Assembly (NCBI GenBank): GCA_048882045.1
Contig: JBHLRZ010000002.1
Coordinates: forward strand, 1-64,000
DNA from: Candidatus Thorarchaeota archaeon
GTDB taxonomy: Archaea; Asgardarchaeota; Thorarchaeia; Thorarchaeales; Thorarchaeaceae
DNA: 64,000 bases
Direction of reading: 5' to 3'
Made by a program: the position numbers and the translations under genes. The notes under the pieces were generated by a model. It searched no databases and had not been told where the DNA came from. It saw only the letters and a program-made list of their open reading frames with translations. This document shows, in pieces, positions 47,161 to 57,340 of this stretch (position 1 is the first letter of the stretch; each line of letters begins with the position of its first letter).

Positions 47161-48921
47161 ATGAACACCCCTCAAATGTTCAATGTGAAGTCCACACACT
47201 ATAGGAGAATAAAAACCTACAATCAGACTGAATATCTGACTATTGCCCAGGGGGTGTCCATCATCAGAAGGTCACATTGGTTTCCAGTATTGTTAGCAAT
47301 CATTATTCCTCTTCTCTATGTTTCAATGACATCTGATTTTGTGACAGCTGATGATGAAATACAGGTGTTTCGAGGTAGTACAATAAGAATACAGGTCACG
47401 ATTCTTCAGAATGGTAGTTATGGTGAGCCTGTCCTAAATCAGCCAATCTATTACTTCGACCAAACTTATAACATGTATCTAGGTTTTTCAATCTCTGACC
47501 AATACGGGATTACATGGATTGATTGGGAAATACCATTGAATCATCCTCTTGGACTCACAGTTCTTAATGCAACCTTCTATGGGAATGCAACCTTCTCTTT
47601 GGCACCCTCTTTCCAACAAGTAACCATATCAGTCGGGGCTCGAACTCACCTAGAAATTGACCAGATCCCCACAGAACTCTCACTAGGAGATGTGTTGTCA
47701 TTCGATGTCCGACTAGAAGATGACATGAATATCTCTCTTCAAAATCAGATTCTCGAGGTAACTTTAGATGATTCTCACCTTTCTTTCATCACTACAAATA
47801 GCTCAGGAATGGCTCACTTCAATACGATTATTGATGAGAGATTTTCATTAGGAATCCAATCACTGAAAATCAACTATGCTGGATCACAAAACTACTCAGA
47901 ATCATCTTTTGAAGTCTTTACAGAAATTAGTAGTCCTATCTCGATTGCTGTACTTATATCAGATACTGCTGTAATTGGATCAAACTTGCTCATCGAAGCC
48001 ACAATAACAGACTTTCTTAACAGGTCTCTCTTAGATTCGACACTTCACTTCACAGATACGACCTCAAATCATAGTTTCTCTGTTCGAGTAGATGACGAAG
48101 AAAAAGTCACTTTTCAGTATCTAATTCAAGGACCTCCAGGATTGCATCAAATTGTCATAGATATCTTGGACAATCCGTTTATATCTAACAATCAATATAC
48201 ACTGAACTTTACTGCATGGTCAAAATCTGAGATAGTTCTGGTGAACTCTAATGTAGAACACTATGCTTCTCCAAGTCAAGAAGTAACACTTGAAGTCAGA
48301 CTTACGGACTGGTATGGAAATGGCTCTTTGAAAGACCTTCATCTGTTCATTGATAGTGAAGCACAAATATCAAGAACTACCAATAGTGAGGGATTAGCAA
48401 TCTTTTCCTTTAAAGCTTCTATGATTGAATCACAGTACAACATATCCATTTTCTACGCTGGTAACACTAGTCGATTCGAACTTCCTACAAATTACAATTA
48501 CATCCTTTTTGTCACTACTCTGATGCCTATAACAATCAATCTGGACTCGTATGAGATAGTTGCACCTTTGCATCAGATATCGATACAGCTTATAGTAAAA
48601 GGTTTCAATGGAACATTACTGAGAGGAGTATGGGTGAATTTCAATTGGCTCTCCTCCAATTTCAATGCTGAAAGTACTGAAAGAGGGTTAATAGTTCTTC
48701 AAATTGCAATTCCACCAGTGAGTGGAAGTTACTATTTGGATTATGAATCAAAACCTACGAGTTTTGTTGATACGACATCTGGTTCCATATTGATTGAAGT
48801 GGAATCAAGTGACATCAGCTCAATTGAAGGAGTCGGAATTACGGGAATGATATTTGCCTTATGTGCATCAATAGGATTGATAGCTGTTCCAGTTATTAGA
48901 CGTAGGTATCTTGTAGGCTAA
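47161..48921 (+). CDS. Secreted Ig-like repeat surface protein with C-terminal membrane anchor
   Basis: Signal peptide (start probably GTG 47254); repeated T(D/N)..G.A.F / F.YAG...Y units; C-terminal TM + RRR. Confidence 0.8.
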   Translation: MNTPQMFNVKSTHYRRIKTYNQTEYLTIAQGVSIIRRSHWFPVLLAIIIPLLYVSMTSDFVTADDEIQVFRGSTIRIQVTILQNGSYGEPVLNQPIYYFDQTYNMYLGFSISDQYGITWIDWEIPLNHPLGLTVLNATFYGNATFSLAPSFQQVTISVGARTHLEIDQIPTELSLGDVLSFDVRLEDDMNISLQNQILEVTLDDSHLSFITTNSSGMAHFNTIIDERFSLGIQSLKINYAGSQNYSESSFEVFTEISSPISIAVLISDTAVIGSNLLIEATITDFLNRSLLDSTLHFTDTTSNHSFSVRVDDEEKVTFQYLIQGPPGLHQIVIDILDNPFISNNQYTLNFTAWSKSEIVLVNSNVEHYASPSQEVTLEVRLTDWYGNGSLKDLHLFIDSEAQISRTTNSEGLAIFSFKASMIESQYNISIFYAGNTSRFELPTNYNYILFVTTLMPITINLDSYEIVAPLHQISIQLIVKGFNGTLLRGVWVNFNWLSSNFNAESTERGLIVLQIAIPPVSGSYYLDYESKPTSFVDTTSGSILIEVESSDISSIEGVGITGMIFALCASIGLIAVPVIRRRYLVG

Positions 48922-48928
48922 GAAGAAA

Positions 48929-49037
48929 TGGTGCTCCGGCCGGGATTTGAACCCGGGTCGGGGGATCGAGAGTCCCCCATGCTGGGCCGGACTACAATCG
49001 GTATCATTGCAGGAATTCTACAACATTCTACCGGAGC
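48929..49037 (-). tRNA. tRNA-Glu(CTC) with 31-nt intron at 10/11 (48997-49027)
   Basis: BHB CGGT-[AGA]...ACCG-[ATT]; spliced GCTCCGGTAGTGTAGTCCGG...GGGGA-CT-CTC-GA-TCCCC; CCA. Confidence 0.93.
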
Positions 49038-49123
49038 CAGGTATGGTATGCCAGTCCGGAGCGCAAGAGCCCCCTTTTGAGCTCTACAAATAAGCCTTTC
49101 TCAATGGATAAACAAGATTCTTG

Positions 49124-49333
49124 CTATGGTGTACCAAATAGCTGAGTTAGGCTACTCCAACTGTCCTGCAAGAGTTGAAGTAATCCTTCTACAACATCCT
49201 GTGCCCATCCTGTTGCTTGGAGGATGACAGCAATCACAATAGAAACGGTCACGACAGCTAGACCTAGAAGAAGACTTTCTTCAACTAACGGTCCGCCTCT
49301 CTCATCTTGGATTAAACCGGCATCCTCTGTCAT
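49124..49333 (-). CDS. Flp-like type IV pilin
   Basis: Class III signal DERG|GPLVE (E at +5) followed by a hydrophobic helix; 69 aa; directly downstream of the TadA/VirB11 gene. Confidence 0.75.
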   Translation of the reverse strand: MTEDAGLIQDERGGPLVEESLLLGLAVVTVSIVIAVILQATGWAQDVVEGLLQLLQDSWSSLTQLFGTP

Positions 49334-49383
49334 AGACTCTTGTTTGTCTTCGTCCTTTTAAAGCCCCCAAAGAATTGAAAACC

Positions 49384-51072
49384 CTATGATTCGGTTCCAA
49401 TGAAGTTCAGTGGATGGCCCTTGGACCACATACGTTCGTTAAGCAATTCCAAATCTGACCTATAGGATCCTGCCGTCAATATCTCAGTCAGACTCCCAAG
49501 AGCTGACACATGGCTCTCGAATCCCGAATCTCTGGCATAGGATAGAAATGCGCCATCATGAGCCCAGCTACCATGACCAGTTCTGGAGTCATAGACTACA
49601 TTGAGTCCAGAGAACTGTAAAAGCCCATTTACTTTCTTTCTGCGAATTTCAACAATTTCTTTTACTCTGCGTTTGGAATCACCAGGTATTGGTCTTTCAA
49701 GGGTGACAATTAGATCCATCATTGACAAACTGGTATCCTGTATTCCATGGTTTAGTTTCCATCGAGAAATGAGACTGGATGATGAACTACTATGACAGGT
49801 CTGCATGGTTCGAAGACCTGCTGCAATTGCCTGAAAAAGTGCATTACTGTGTTCTGCTGTCTGAATCTCACCCAGAATCAGGTAGTCCGGAGACCTATGT
49901 AGACACTTGACAATCTCACTACTTTTGTCAGATCTATTCGATTGTTCATCTACAGGATTTACTCTGAACCTAACCTGATGATGCTTATCTTGATATCTAC
50001 TTTCTAAAGCGTCTTCAATGTAGATTTTTCTCCACCAACGGGGTGTTGTTAAATCTAAAGCATTAAGAAGTGTCGTCTTGCCAGTACCTGGTCCTCCTGT
50101 TATTGTAATATTGAACCGACACGCAACTGCAAGAAGTAGAATAGATGCTATCTCAGGTGTGATTGTTTCATTTGAAATTAAATCTGCTATCGTAAACGGA
50201 CGATTCCTTGCACGACGTATTTCAAGATGCAGTCCGTCTGGACTAAGCGGAGGAATACTAACTGAAAACCGTAATGAAGCTCCAAGAATCTCAAACTCCA
50301 TCTTCAGAGAAGGATTACTCCTGTCTAGGTGAAGATTACTTTCAGCACGAACAAACGTGATAATCTTGGGTACGTCACTCTTGGATAACGTAATAGTCGT
50401 ATCACATCTTCCTAGCTTTTGATGGTCAAAGTACAGACATGCTTCAGGACTATCAAGATAGATTTCTTCTACCTTGTCATCTAGGATAATTGGGATTATT
50501 GGTCCAAGAACACTCCTTCGCTGAGCAACGATCTCAGATAGACTTCTTCTAGTAGTTTCATTTATCTCAGGGATTAGCTTCAAAATATGTTCAGAGATAA
50601 TATCAGTAGTATCTTCAAGTCGCTGAGTGATTTTCTGTCTTCTTGAAACCGAGTTCTGTTCGAAGCCATTCTCCGAATCACTCAACTCTTTTACTAATGA
50701 GAATTCAAGAGCTGTTCTTACAATTGGAATGGAATGATATTGCACTCTTCCTTCTTTACCTTTGAACAGAGCCAGATATGACTGGACCTTGTAGATTTCT
50801 AGAAAATCATCTAACTCCTCAAAAAGCGGATTGTTCCCTCCTATGAACACAGTTTCCCATTCATCCACATACCATGGAGGATTTGGTTGGTACAATTTCC
50901 CAATGTCACAAAAGTGAAGAAAGCCGCGTTCTGCTTCAATCAACATAACACGACTTTCACTCGATGACGACTTCATAACCTGTTTGAGAATACGACATCC
51001 TGAATCAAATCTATCAGGGCAACCCTCACATCTGCCAACTGGGCATCTGATAAAATTCGTTTCTGAATTCAT
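49384..51072 (-). CDS. Type II/IV secretion ATPase (VirB11/TadA/CpaF family)
   Basis: DDKVEEIY, GGPGTGKTTLLNAL, IED..E, PDYLILGEI, QTCHS; N-terminal 4-Cys cluster. Confidence 0.9.
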   Translation of the reverse strand: MNSETNFIRCPVGRCEGCPDRFDSGCRILKQVMKSSSSESRVMLIEAERGFLHFCDIGKLYQPNPPWYVDEWETVFIGGNNPLFEELDDFLEIYKVQSYLALFKGKEGRVQYHSIPIVRTALEFSLVKELSDSENGFEQNSVSRRQKITQRLEDTTDIISEHILKLIPEINETTRRSLSEIVAQRRSVLGPIIPIILDDKVEEIYLDSPEACLYFDHQKLGRCDTTITLSKSDVPKIITFVRAESNLHLDRSNPSLKMEFEILGASLRFSVSIPPLSPDGLHLEIRRARNRPFTIADLISNETITPEIASILLLAVACRFNITITGGPGTGKTTLLNALDLTTPRWWRKIYIEDALESRYQDKHHQVRFRVNPVDEQSNRSDKSSEIVKCLHRSPDYLILGEIQTAEHSNALFQAIAAGLRTMQTCHSSSSSSLISRWKLNHGIQDTSLSMMDLIVTLERPIPGDSKRRVKEIVEIRRKKVNGLLQFSGLNVVYDSRTGHGSWAHDGAFLSYARDSGFESHVSALGSLTEILTAGSYRSDLELLNERMWSKGHPLNFIGTES

Positions 51073-51145
51073 CTAGTTAATCACCTTTCTAGGATTCCAA
51101 TTATTGTCCAGACGATTCAAAGATAATCTCATAGCAAAATGAGAA

Positions 51146-52207
51146 CTATTGAACTGCTTCATGAGACAGTTCAATTATCTTCTTCATCATTCCAAAGTGA
51201 TCACGAATGCTATACTCTGCAACCTTTGTTGCATTTGATGCAAGCTTTTGAGTAAGAACTGCACGCCTATTGTGTTGAATTGCTATCACTCTATCACTTG
51301 CATAGGCTACTGAAACCGTGAATATGAAAGGATTCCGTCCACCCCGTTTGGATGCTGGTATCATATCAAGAACCTCCAATACTTTGTTTCTTAGAGCGCT
51401 TTCGTACTCCTTTACATTCCACCCTCTTGCTTGTACCTTACTTGCCACTTTTGGGTCGTTCATCAGCATTGATATCACTCTTGGGACATAGTCCTCTGGC
51501 TTTCGGATTTTAGGAGAATATCCGGTCAATGATTTCAGTCTAAGTGCCTCTCTTACAATCGCTCTAACATTAACGCGGTGTCCACATTTTTCGAAGACTT
51601 CAGCTATCTCATCAAGGGTTATTGGTGCCTCATTTTCAAACTCTCTTACAGCCATCAAAAGACACACCGCTATCAACAGTATGTTGTTACTCACTCTATG
51701 AGGCGATTCCGACACCACTTTCTTGTACAGATATGCTGTACGATCCCGGACCTGTTCATTTAGCATAAGAAGTTTGGACACATGGTTCAGTGTCCTGAGA
51801 GCCCGGTATTTCGCCTCGTTCTTTCCAATTCGGATTCTGGTACTATAGATTGTTTTCAGCCGTTTGAACTTCTTCTGCATTCTTCCTGACAATGCTTGGC
51901 CTTGTGCATCTTGGAAATATTTGTCCTTGTGAAAACCAATGTAGCTGCCAAGTCCATCTACGATATGCATTCGATTTCCTAATGATACATAGACACTAGC
52001 ATCAGGAGAGTCGTCATTAGGTCGTTGTCCCATCTGATATGTTGGCAAAACGTACTCTCTTGAAAGTACTAAACCACATTCAGCGCATACTATGTGTCCC
52101 TGACTGGTGATTAGAAAACCACTGCAGTCCGGACAGGATTTCAAACCTATCGTTTGAGATTCACATATTCCATTAGTCAAAACCACACCCATTAAAGAGA
52201 TGTACAA
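51146..52207 (-). CDS. tfb: Transcription initiation factor IIB paralog
   Basis: CPDC...VCAECGLV Zn ribbon, GLGS.IG, cyclin repeats (TL.EIA; PEDYVPR; GRNP; LTQK..S....VAEYSIR). Confidence 0.85.
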   Translation of the reverse strand: MYISLMGVVLTNGICESQTIGLKSCPDCSGFLITSQGHIVCAECGLVLSREYVLPTYQMGQRPNDDSPDASVYVSLGNRMHIVDGLGSYIGFHKDKYFQDAQGQALSGRMQKKFKRLKTIYSTRIRIGKNEAKYRALRTLNHVSKLLMLNEQVRDRTAYLYKKVVSESPHRVSNNILLIAVCLLMAVREFENEAPITLDEIAEVFEKCGHRVNVRAIVREALRLKSLTGYSPKIRKPEDYVPRVISMLMNDPKVASKVQARGWNVKEYESALRNKVLEVLDMIPASKRGGRNPFIFTVSVAYASDRVIAIQHNRRAVLTQKLASNATKVAEYSIRDHFGMMKKIIELSHEAVQ

Positions 52208-52339
52208 TCACTCCTAACTAACTTTCAGATATTATATATACACTCACACGGACTACTAGTTCATCCGAATGGATTCTTGTCGACATAGAACAGGTCCTGT
52301 CGGCTTGGTCAGAAAGAGATAGCCGAAAGTATTCTCATA

Positions 52340-52705
52340 TCACATAATTGCTAAGAAAAATTTGTCAGAACTAAAAGTGCTAATTTGACTCGTAGTAGGT
52401 TTTCCAAGGGAAAAAATCAGTCTTAGTCCTCCTATAGACCCGATAACTTCCAACCCTTCTTTCAGATTCTTCTTGAATACACCACCTTCCACATAGAGCT
52501 TGGCCTGGTCTCCTTTGGGAATGGACTTTGAATCAATAACAACACTGATCGAATCGTTAGTATTCAGTGTATCACAAAGTGCATCGGGTAATTCCAATGT
52601 GAATGTAGCACCTTCACTTTTCGAAGATACCTTTAACAACTTCAATCTTCTAGTTTCTGTTTCATCAATAGAATCAATGATTGCATCTTTGAGTCGAATC
52701 ACCAT
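52340..52705 (-). CDS. rpo8: RNA polymerase subunit Rpo8 (RpoG/RPB8-like)
   Basis: OB-fold size and pattern, G.VF...SIGGLRL, terminal KFFLAI. Confidence 0.68.
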   Translation of the reverse strand: MVIRLKDAIIDSIDETETRRLKLLKVSSKSEGATFTLELPDALCDTLNTNDSISVVIDSKSIPKGDQAKLYVEGGVFKKNLKEGLEVIGSIGGLRLIFSLGKPTTSQISTFSSDKFFLAIM

Positions 52706-52829
52706 TTGAAATACACACTCTATCTTGTTAGACTCTTTGATTGACGGCTAGTCGATGCGAATTAAACCTACCGTTGAAACCATGTGCTGTTTTTTAGGAA
52801 GGAAAATGACAGTCTTTTGGTGTAGATAG

Positions 52830-54641
52830 GTGAAGAAAAGGAAGCGCGCACTAATCCCTATGTCTCTTTTACTCATAACATGTCTTATTGTCCCAGTCAA
52901 TGCCTTCTACTTCAATTTCGAGTACTTTGAAACTGACAAGCTTGTATACGAGGTTGGCGAAACGATAAACATGGTAGCAAAATTGACTGCAGATTTTAGC
53001 CCTGAGGGTTGGTGCTATGTTTCATTTGCCGTAGTTACAGATCTTGGTCCAGCATTTGCTGATGAATATTTTATTTCACCTTCTCCTGATGTTCGTTATC
53101 TGAACTCATCGTATATTATCTCACCAGACCATACTGCTCCGAACATTACCGGAGTCCAGTCATTTGTTCTCTTCAACGTCGAAATATTCGATACTGTTTC
53201 ACAAGGTGCAGGTGATAACATCGAAATCACGATATTACGAGGACAACTAGATGTGGTCCCAGTGTCACTTCTCTCTATTCAGGCTGGGATTGACAGTTCC
53301 CTCATATTCAATGTGGAGAGTGTACACAATAGCGGCATAGTCTATGCCAACGATATGGTCCATCTCCATATAGAAAACGAAAGTTCTCAGACTATTCTTG
53401 ACATTGATACAACAACAAATACAATGGGACAAACAACATTGAACTGGACTGATTCATTTGGGCCTCCAGGATTGTATAATGTTACCATTTCCAGTGTTGG
53501 AAACGAGGATTTCTTGCCTTTCTCAGAATCATTCCAGGTCACTGTTTTACCAGCTCTATCAAACTTGTCTATAGTTTCTGTGCCATCATCAGTTCACTGT
53601 CAATCACCTGATGGAACTTACATAGATCAAGCAGATATTACTGTTGAACACATCAATTTAGACTCAGTCCCTGTTAATGACAGTTTGGTCATTTGGGAAA
53701 CAAGTTTTGGAAGCGGTTTTATGACGAGCCAAGGGGGAGGAGAGTATGCTGCTACTATTCCATTTCAGACTAGTCCAGGGAGTCATTTGGTCAACATCAC
53801 AGCTACCAATCCAAGATATCAAACCGTCCAAAGATCAGTTCTTGTTGATGTCCTTGCCAACACTTTGTTGTTCACACCAACTCAAACTACTTGGAGTATA
53901 ACAAGGGGAATGAATGCTACAATTGGTTTTTTTGTTGAATCCGAAATCGACTGGAATCAATCCGTGCGGATAAAATTCACTGATGAGAACAACGGATTTT
54001 CTTTTGAGTCAGATATCCTTCCTGGATTCACAAGTTATCTCGAAATATCCACTTCGTCTGATTTCTCGGTGGGTACTCACACCTTCAATGTATCCTCTGA
54101 AAGTATCTACTATTCGTTTCAAAACAGTCCCCAAATAGACCTAGAAATAATAGGGTTTCTGGGTATGACAACATCTATTGATTCTGCATTCTATGGAGAA
54201 ACCTTGAACTTGTCTCTCAGCATTCATGATGACGCAAATGATACCGTTGAATTGGTCGATATCTATGTATACTACGGTAACAGTCTATTACCATTCTCGA
54301 TAATTAGTGACGCCAACGTAAGTATACAACAATGCTTTGCTCTTCCTACATGGATTTCTCCTGGTCTACATAACATTACAATCCGAATTGAAAGCGCCTT
54401 CTATCATCAAATAAACCAGACAATTACTGTTCAGGTCTGGATGCGAACAAACATTACAATCGTAATTACGCTCAACCATGAAAGCAGCCATAGTCAAGCG
54501 GTTGATTGGAGAAGTTCATCTGGTTCTATCATTCGTCCTCCTCCTATTTTACTGAGCGGAATGACTTCAGCTGAACCTTCTACTGCTCTTTCTACTTCCC
54601 TTGAAAGTTGTCCAAGATTAAGTTCAGGAACTAATATCTGA
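52830..54641 (+). CDS. Secreted Ig-like repeat protein
   Basis: Signal peptide KKRKRALIPMSLLLITCLIVPVNA; TDKLVY.VGE, PGLYNVTI, PGSHLVNI, PGLHNITI repeats. Confidence 0.78.
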   Translation: MKKRKRALIPMSLLLITCLIVPVNAFYFNFEYFETDKLVYEVGETINMVAKLTADFSPEGWCYVSFAVVTDLGPAFADEYFISPSPDVRYLNSSYIISPDHTAPNITGVQSFVLFNVEIFDTVSQGAGDNIEITILRGQLDVVPVSLLSIQAGIDSSLIFNVESVHNSGIVYANDMVHLHIENESSQTILDIDTTTNTMGQTTLNWTDSFGPPGLYNVTISSVGNEDFLPFSESFQVTVLPALSNLSIVSVPSSVHCQSPDGTYIDQADITVEHINLDSVPVNDSLVIWETSFGSGFMTSQGGGEYAATIPFQTSPGSHLVNITATNPRYQTVQRSVLVDVLANTLLFTPTQTTWSITRGMNATIGFFVESEIDWNQSVRIKFTDENNGFSFESDILPGFTSYLEISTSSDFSVGTHTFNVSSESIYYSFQNSPQIDLEIIGFLGMTTSIDSAFYGETLNLSLSIHDDANDTVELVDIYVYYGNSLLPFSIISDANVSIQQCFALPTWISPGLHNITIRIESAFYHQINQTITVQVWMRTNITIVITLNHESSHSQAVDWRSSSGSIIRPPPILLSGMTSAEPSTALSTSLESCPRLSSGTNI

Positions 54642-55609
54642 TCGACAGATTTTCCCAAACTTTTGACTGCATCATCCGGGAATGGCCATAGAGTCCTTAA
54701 TCTCAAAGATCTATACTTGGATCCAGCACTGCTAGCTAAGAGTTCTTCAACTGAGCGAGAAGTAGAACCATATGATACAATTCCCCATTCAGCTGAAACC
54801 GGTCCAGAAATAAGGTAGTCTTCTATGGCATCCTTAGCATTCCTAATCTTTTCTGAAAGTCTCCTAACCAACTCATCATGAACCTGTGGATCAGCAGTTT
54901 TTCTGAATCCTTGGTTGTTATGAGTAGAACCAGTCACAAGTAGGTCATGACCATCTCCAAATCTAGGCATCAGTGCATGACCTTCTGAATCAACACCTCC
55001 AAAGGGTTGAGTTCCAGATTTAGCAAACCTCCTCTTTACTGTGACATCCAATGTTTGATCAACAACAACTTTCTCCCGAGAGTGTGCGACTACCTCATCG
55101 GACAATAGAATCACTGGATGTCTGAGTCTTTCAGATAGTGAAAAAGCCTTGATTGTCAACTCGTAGGTGTCCTGTGCAGAATTAGGTGCTAGAACTACAC
55201 TTTCATAGTCCCCATGAGACCCCCACCTAGCTTGCATGAAATCGCCTTGAGCAGCCTTGGTGGCTTGTCCAGTACTAGGACCTGCTCTTTGAACATCCAC
55301 TATGACACAGGGTGTTTCAGTCATTATTGCATACCCGATATTTTCCTGCATAAGACTAAACCCTGGCCCGGAAGTGGCGGTCATTGAAAGCTTTCCTCCC
55401 CATGAGCTTCCAATGACAGCAGAAATTGCAGCTATTTCATCTTCCATCTGGAGATATACTCCATCTACTTTGGGGAGTTTTAACGACATTATTTCTGCAA
55501 TTTCTGAAGCAGGTGTAATCGGATAACCTGCAAAAAACCTACATCCCGCAGCAAGGGCCGCTTCCGCACATGCCTGATTTCCCTGCCAAAATCCGATGGT
55601 CTTAGTCAT
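54494..55609 (-). CDS. korA: 2-oxoacid (2-oxoglutarate):ferredoxin oxidoreductase alpha subunit
   Basis: GN.A.AEAA..AGC.FFAGYPITP, QMEDEIAA, TATSGPGFSLMQE, QRAGPSTG, ELNLGQ. Confidence 0.93.
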   Translation of the reverse strand: MTKTIGFWQGNQACAEAALAAGCRFFAGYPITPASEIAEIMSLKLPKVDGVYLQMEDEIAAISAVIGSSWGGKLSMTATSGPGFSLMQENIGYAIMTETPCVIVDVQRAGPSTGQATKAAQGDFMQARWGSHGDYESVVLAPNSAQDTYELTIKAFSLSERLRHPVILLSDEVVAHSREKVVVDQTLDVTVKRRFAKSGTQPFGGVDSEGHALMPRFGDGHDLLVTGSTHNNQGFRKTADPQVHDELVRRLSEKIRNAKDAIEDYLISGPVSAEWGIVSYGSTSRSVEELLASSAGSKYRSLRLRTLWPFPDDAVKSLGKSVDQILVPELNLGQLSREVERAVEGSAEVIPLSKIGGGRMIEPDELLQSTA

Positions 55610-55716
55610 GATTCAGGTCACCAAACTTGCAATGACTAGATGTTCAAGATAAGTATAGTCTTACGGTCCTATTTGCCGATAGTCTTTTATCAAATACCAC
55701 TCGGATGAGTCATACT

Positions 55717-55793
55717 GCGACCGTGGTCTAGCCTGGTTAGGACGGAAGCCTCCCAAGCTTCCAAGCCGGGTTCAAATCCCGGCGGTCGCACCA
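55717..55793 (+). tRNA. tRNA-Gly(CCC), no intron, CCA encoded
   Basis: GCGACCG...GAAGC-CT-CCC-AA-GCTTC...GTTCAAATC...CGGTCGC-A-CCA. Confidence 0.97.
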
Positions 55794-55822
55794 CTACATT
55801 GCAGAATTGTTAATCTCAGTGT

Positions 55823-56404
55823 TCAAGAGATGGGTTGAGCAAGGACGCTTGCTCGCATTGCATTTTGAAACAGATATTGGAAGGCTTCTACTATATTATA
55901 ACCCTCTCGTGCAATGCTCATGAACACAGGTACGGAATTTGGGATTTTCAGATGAGTTCTAAGCTGGTCTTCTCCTATTGCTCCTAGGATGTCTTGCTTG
56001 TTTAAACAGACAATTAGTGGGAGTGGTCTTTCCTCTTCTTCTATCATTGACATGAGCTCGTTCCAACTAGCCAAATTCTCATCTTGGAGATGTTCTTGTG
56101 AATCTGCAACAAAGATTACACCATCGGCTCCAACAAGCACGACCTCTCTGGTCGATCTATAGAAGTCTTGACCAGTTGCAGACCAAACATGTGCGTTTAT
56201 CGTCCAGCTATTACTAAGAGAGAATGGAATAGTACCAAAGTCACAGAACATCGTACGGCCCACGGTGTTTTCTATTGACGTGAGTTTCTCAGCATAATCA
56301 AGTGTTGAAAACAACCAACGAATGGAAGTGGTCTTTCCACTCATAGCTGGTCCAAAGAAGACGATTTTCAATCCCACTGTTCGATTTCCATAGTCAATAA
56401 TCAA
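55823..56404 (-). CDS. MglA-type small GTPase
   Basis: KIVFFGPAMSGKTT, GRTMFCDF, ATGQDFY, GADGVIFVADS, NKQD. Confidence 0.9.
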   Translation of the reverse strand: MIIDYGNRTVGLKIVFFGPAMSGKTTSIRWLFSTLDYAEKLTSIENTVGRTMFCDFGTIPFSLSNSWTINAHVWSATGQDFYRSTREVVLVGADGVIFVADSQEHLQDENLASWNELMSMIEEEERPLPLIVCLNKQDILGAIGEDQLRTHLKIPNSVPVFMSIAREGYNIVEAFQYLFQNAMRASVLAQPIS

Positions 56405-56419
56405 CTTCTAGAATTCCTC

Positions 56420-57340
56420 CTATGTTCCCCACATACTGTCTACCCATGCGCCTAGTCCTGAAAGCGCACCACTTTTTACACAATCAGAGAAGTCCTCATG
56501 CCACTCAGCCCTGATGAACTGGATGAGGGCTGGTAATTCACCACCATCCCATCCAATAGCCTCATAGAGGTTCCTTTCTGTGAGTGTAGTAGATGCACCA
56601 AGTTCCCGTGCTAGACGAATTCGTGATAATAGAGTAACAGCTCTTCTAGCAGCATGAACATAGTTGTTAATCTCCTCCTCGAAGACGTCTTGTGTGAGCT
56701 TTTCAGACTCATCATCAAGTTTCAGTACAGCAGCTAGGATATGCTCGGAAACATTAAGTCCACGAAGGGACTTTGTCAAGAGTCTTCTTATTCTCTCAAG
56801 TGATTGTTTCTTACGGACTAGTATTTTACTCACAATTTTCTTCTCGACCTCAAGACTATTGTTTGAAGTTTTGACAAGGGAGAATGTTATTGATGATGGT
56901 GAATTTACTCTCAAGATTCCACAGTCTCTCGAGTTCTTGAGGATATGTGCTGTGACATCTTGAAGTGTGTTTTCAGTCACTTGAACTCCTAGAACTGTGA
57001 ATCCAATGGGGACAGCCAGTACCCATCCTGCAAAGTATGTGATTCGATCCATTGCAAGTCTAAGATTCCCTGAGAGTCCACAGATGGCAGTTCTACTTAC
57101 CTCATAGTTGTGCTTCTCTTCTTCCCAAACTGAAAGAATCTCAGACTCTGACGTGAAATCTCGCCAAAACACCAATTTATGACGGTGTGGACTGAGAGTA
57201 ATAAGACTCTCAGTGATATCATCTACTAACTCAATATCTTCTCCAGCCACAATCACAGGCATTCGTTCCAAAATTGTGTTTAATAGAATCGGAAACTGAT
57301 CGTCCATTATCTCTATCATTCGCATGATTGAATATGTCAT
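56420..57340 (-). CDS. DENN-core-like protein
   Basis: LLNTILERMPVIVAGEDIELVDDITESLITLSP resembles the cDENN L.E..I.V.......L..L.P motif; lies in a Roadblock-GTPase operon. Confidence 0.55.
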   Translation of the reverse strand: MTYSIMRMIEIMDDQFPILLNTILERMPVIVAGEDIELVDDITESLITLSPHRHKLVFWRDFTSESEILSVWEEEKHNYEVSRTAICGLSGNLRLAMDRITYFAGWVLAVPIGFTVLGVQVTENTLQDVTAHILKNSRDCGILRVNSPSSITFSLVKTSNNSLEVEKKIVSKILVRKKQSLERIRRLLTKSLRGLNVSEHILAAVLKLDDESEKLTQDVFEEEINNYVHAARRAVTLLSRIRLARELGASTTLTERNLYEAIGWDGGELPALIQFIRAEWHEDFSDCVKSGALSGLGAWVDSMWGT

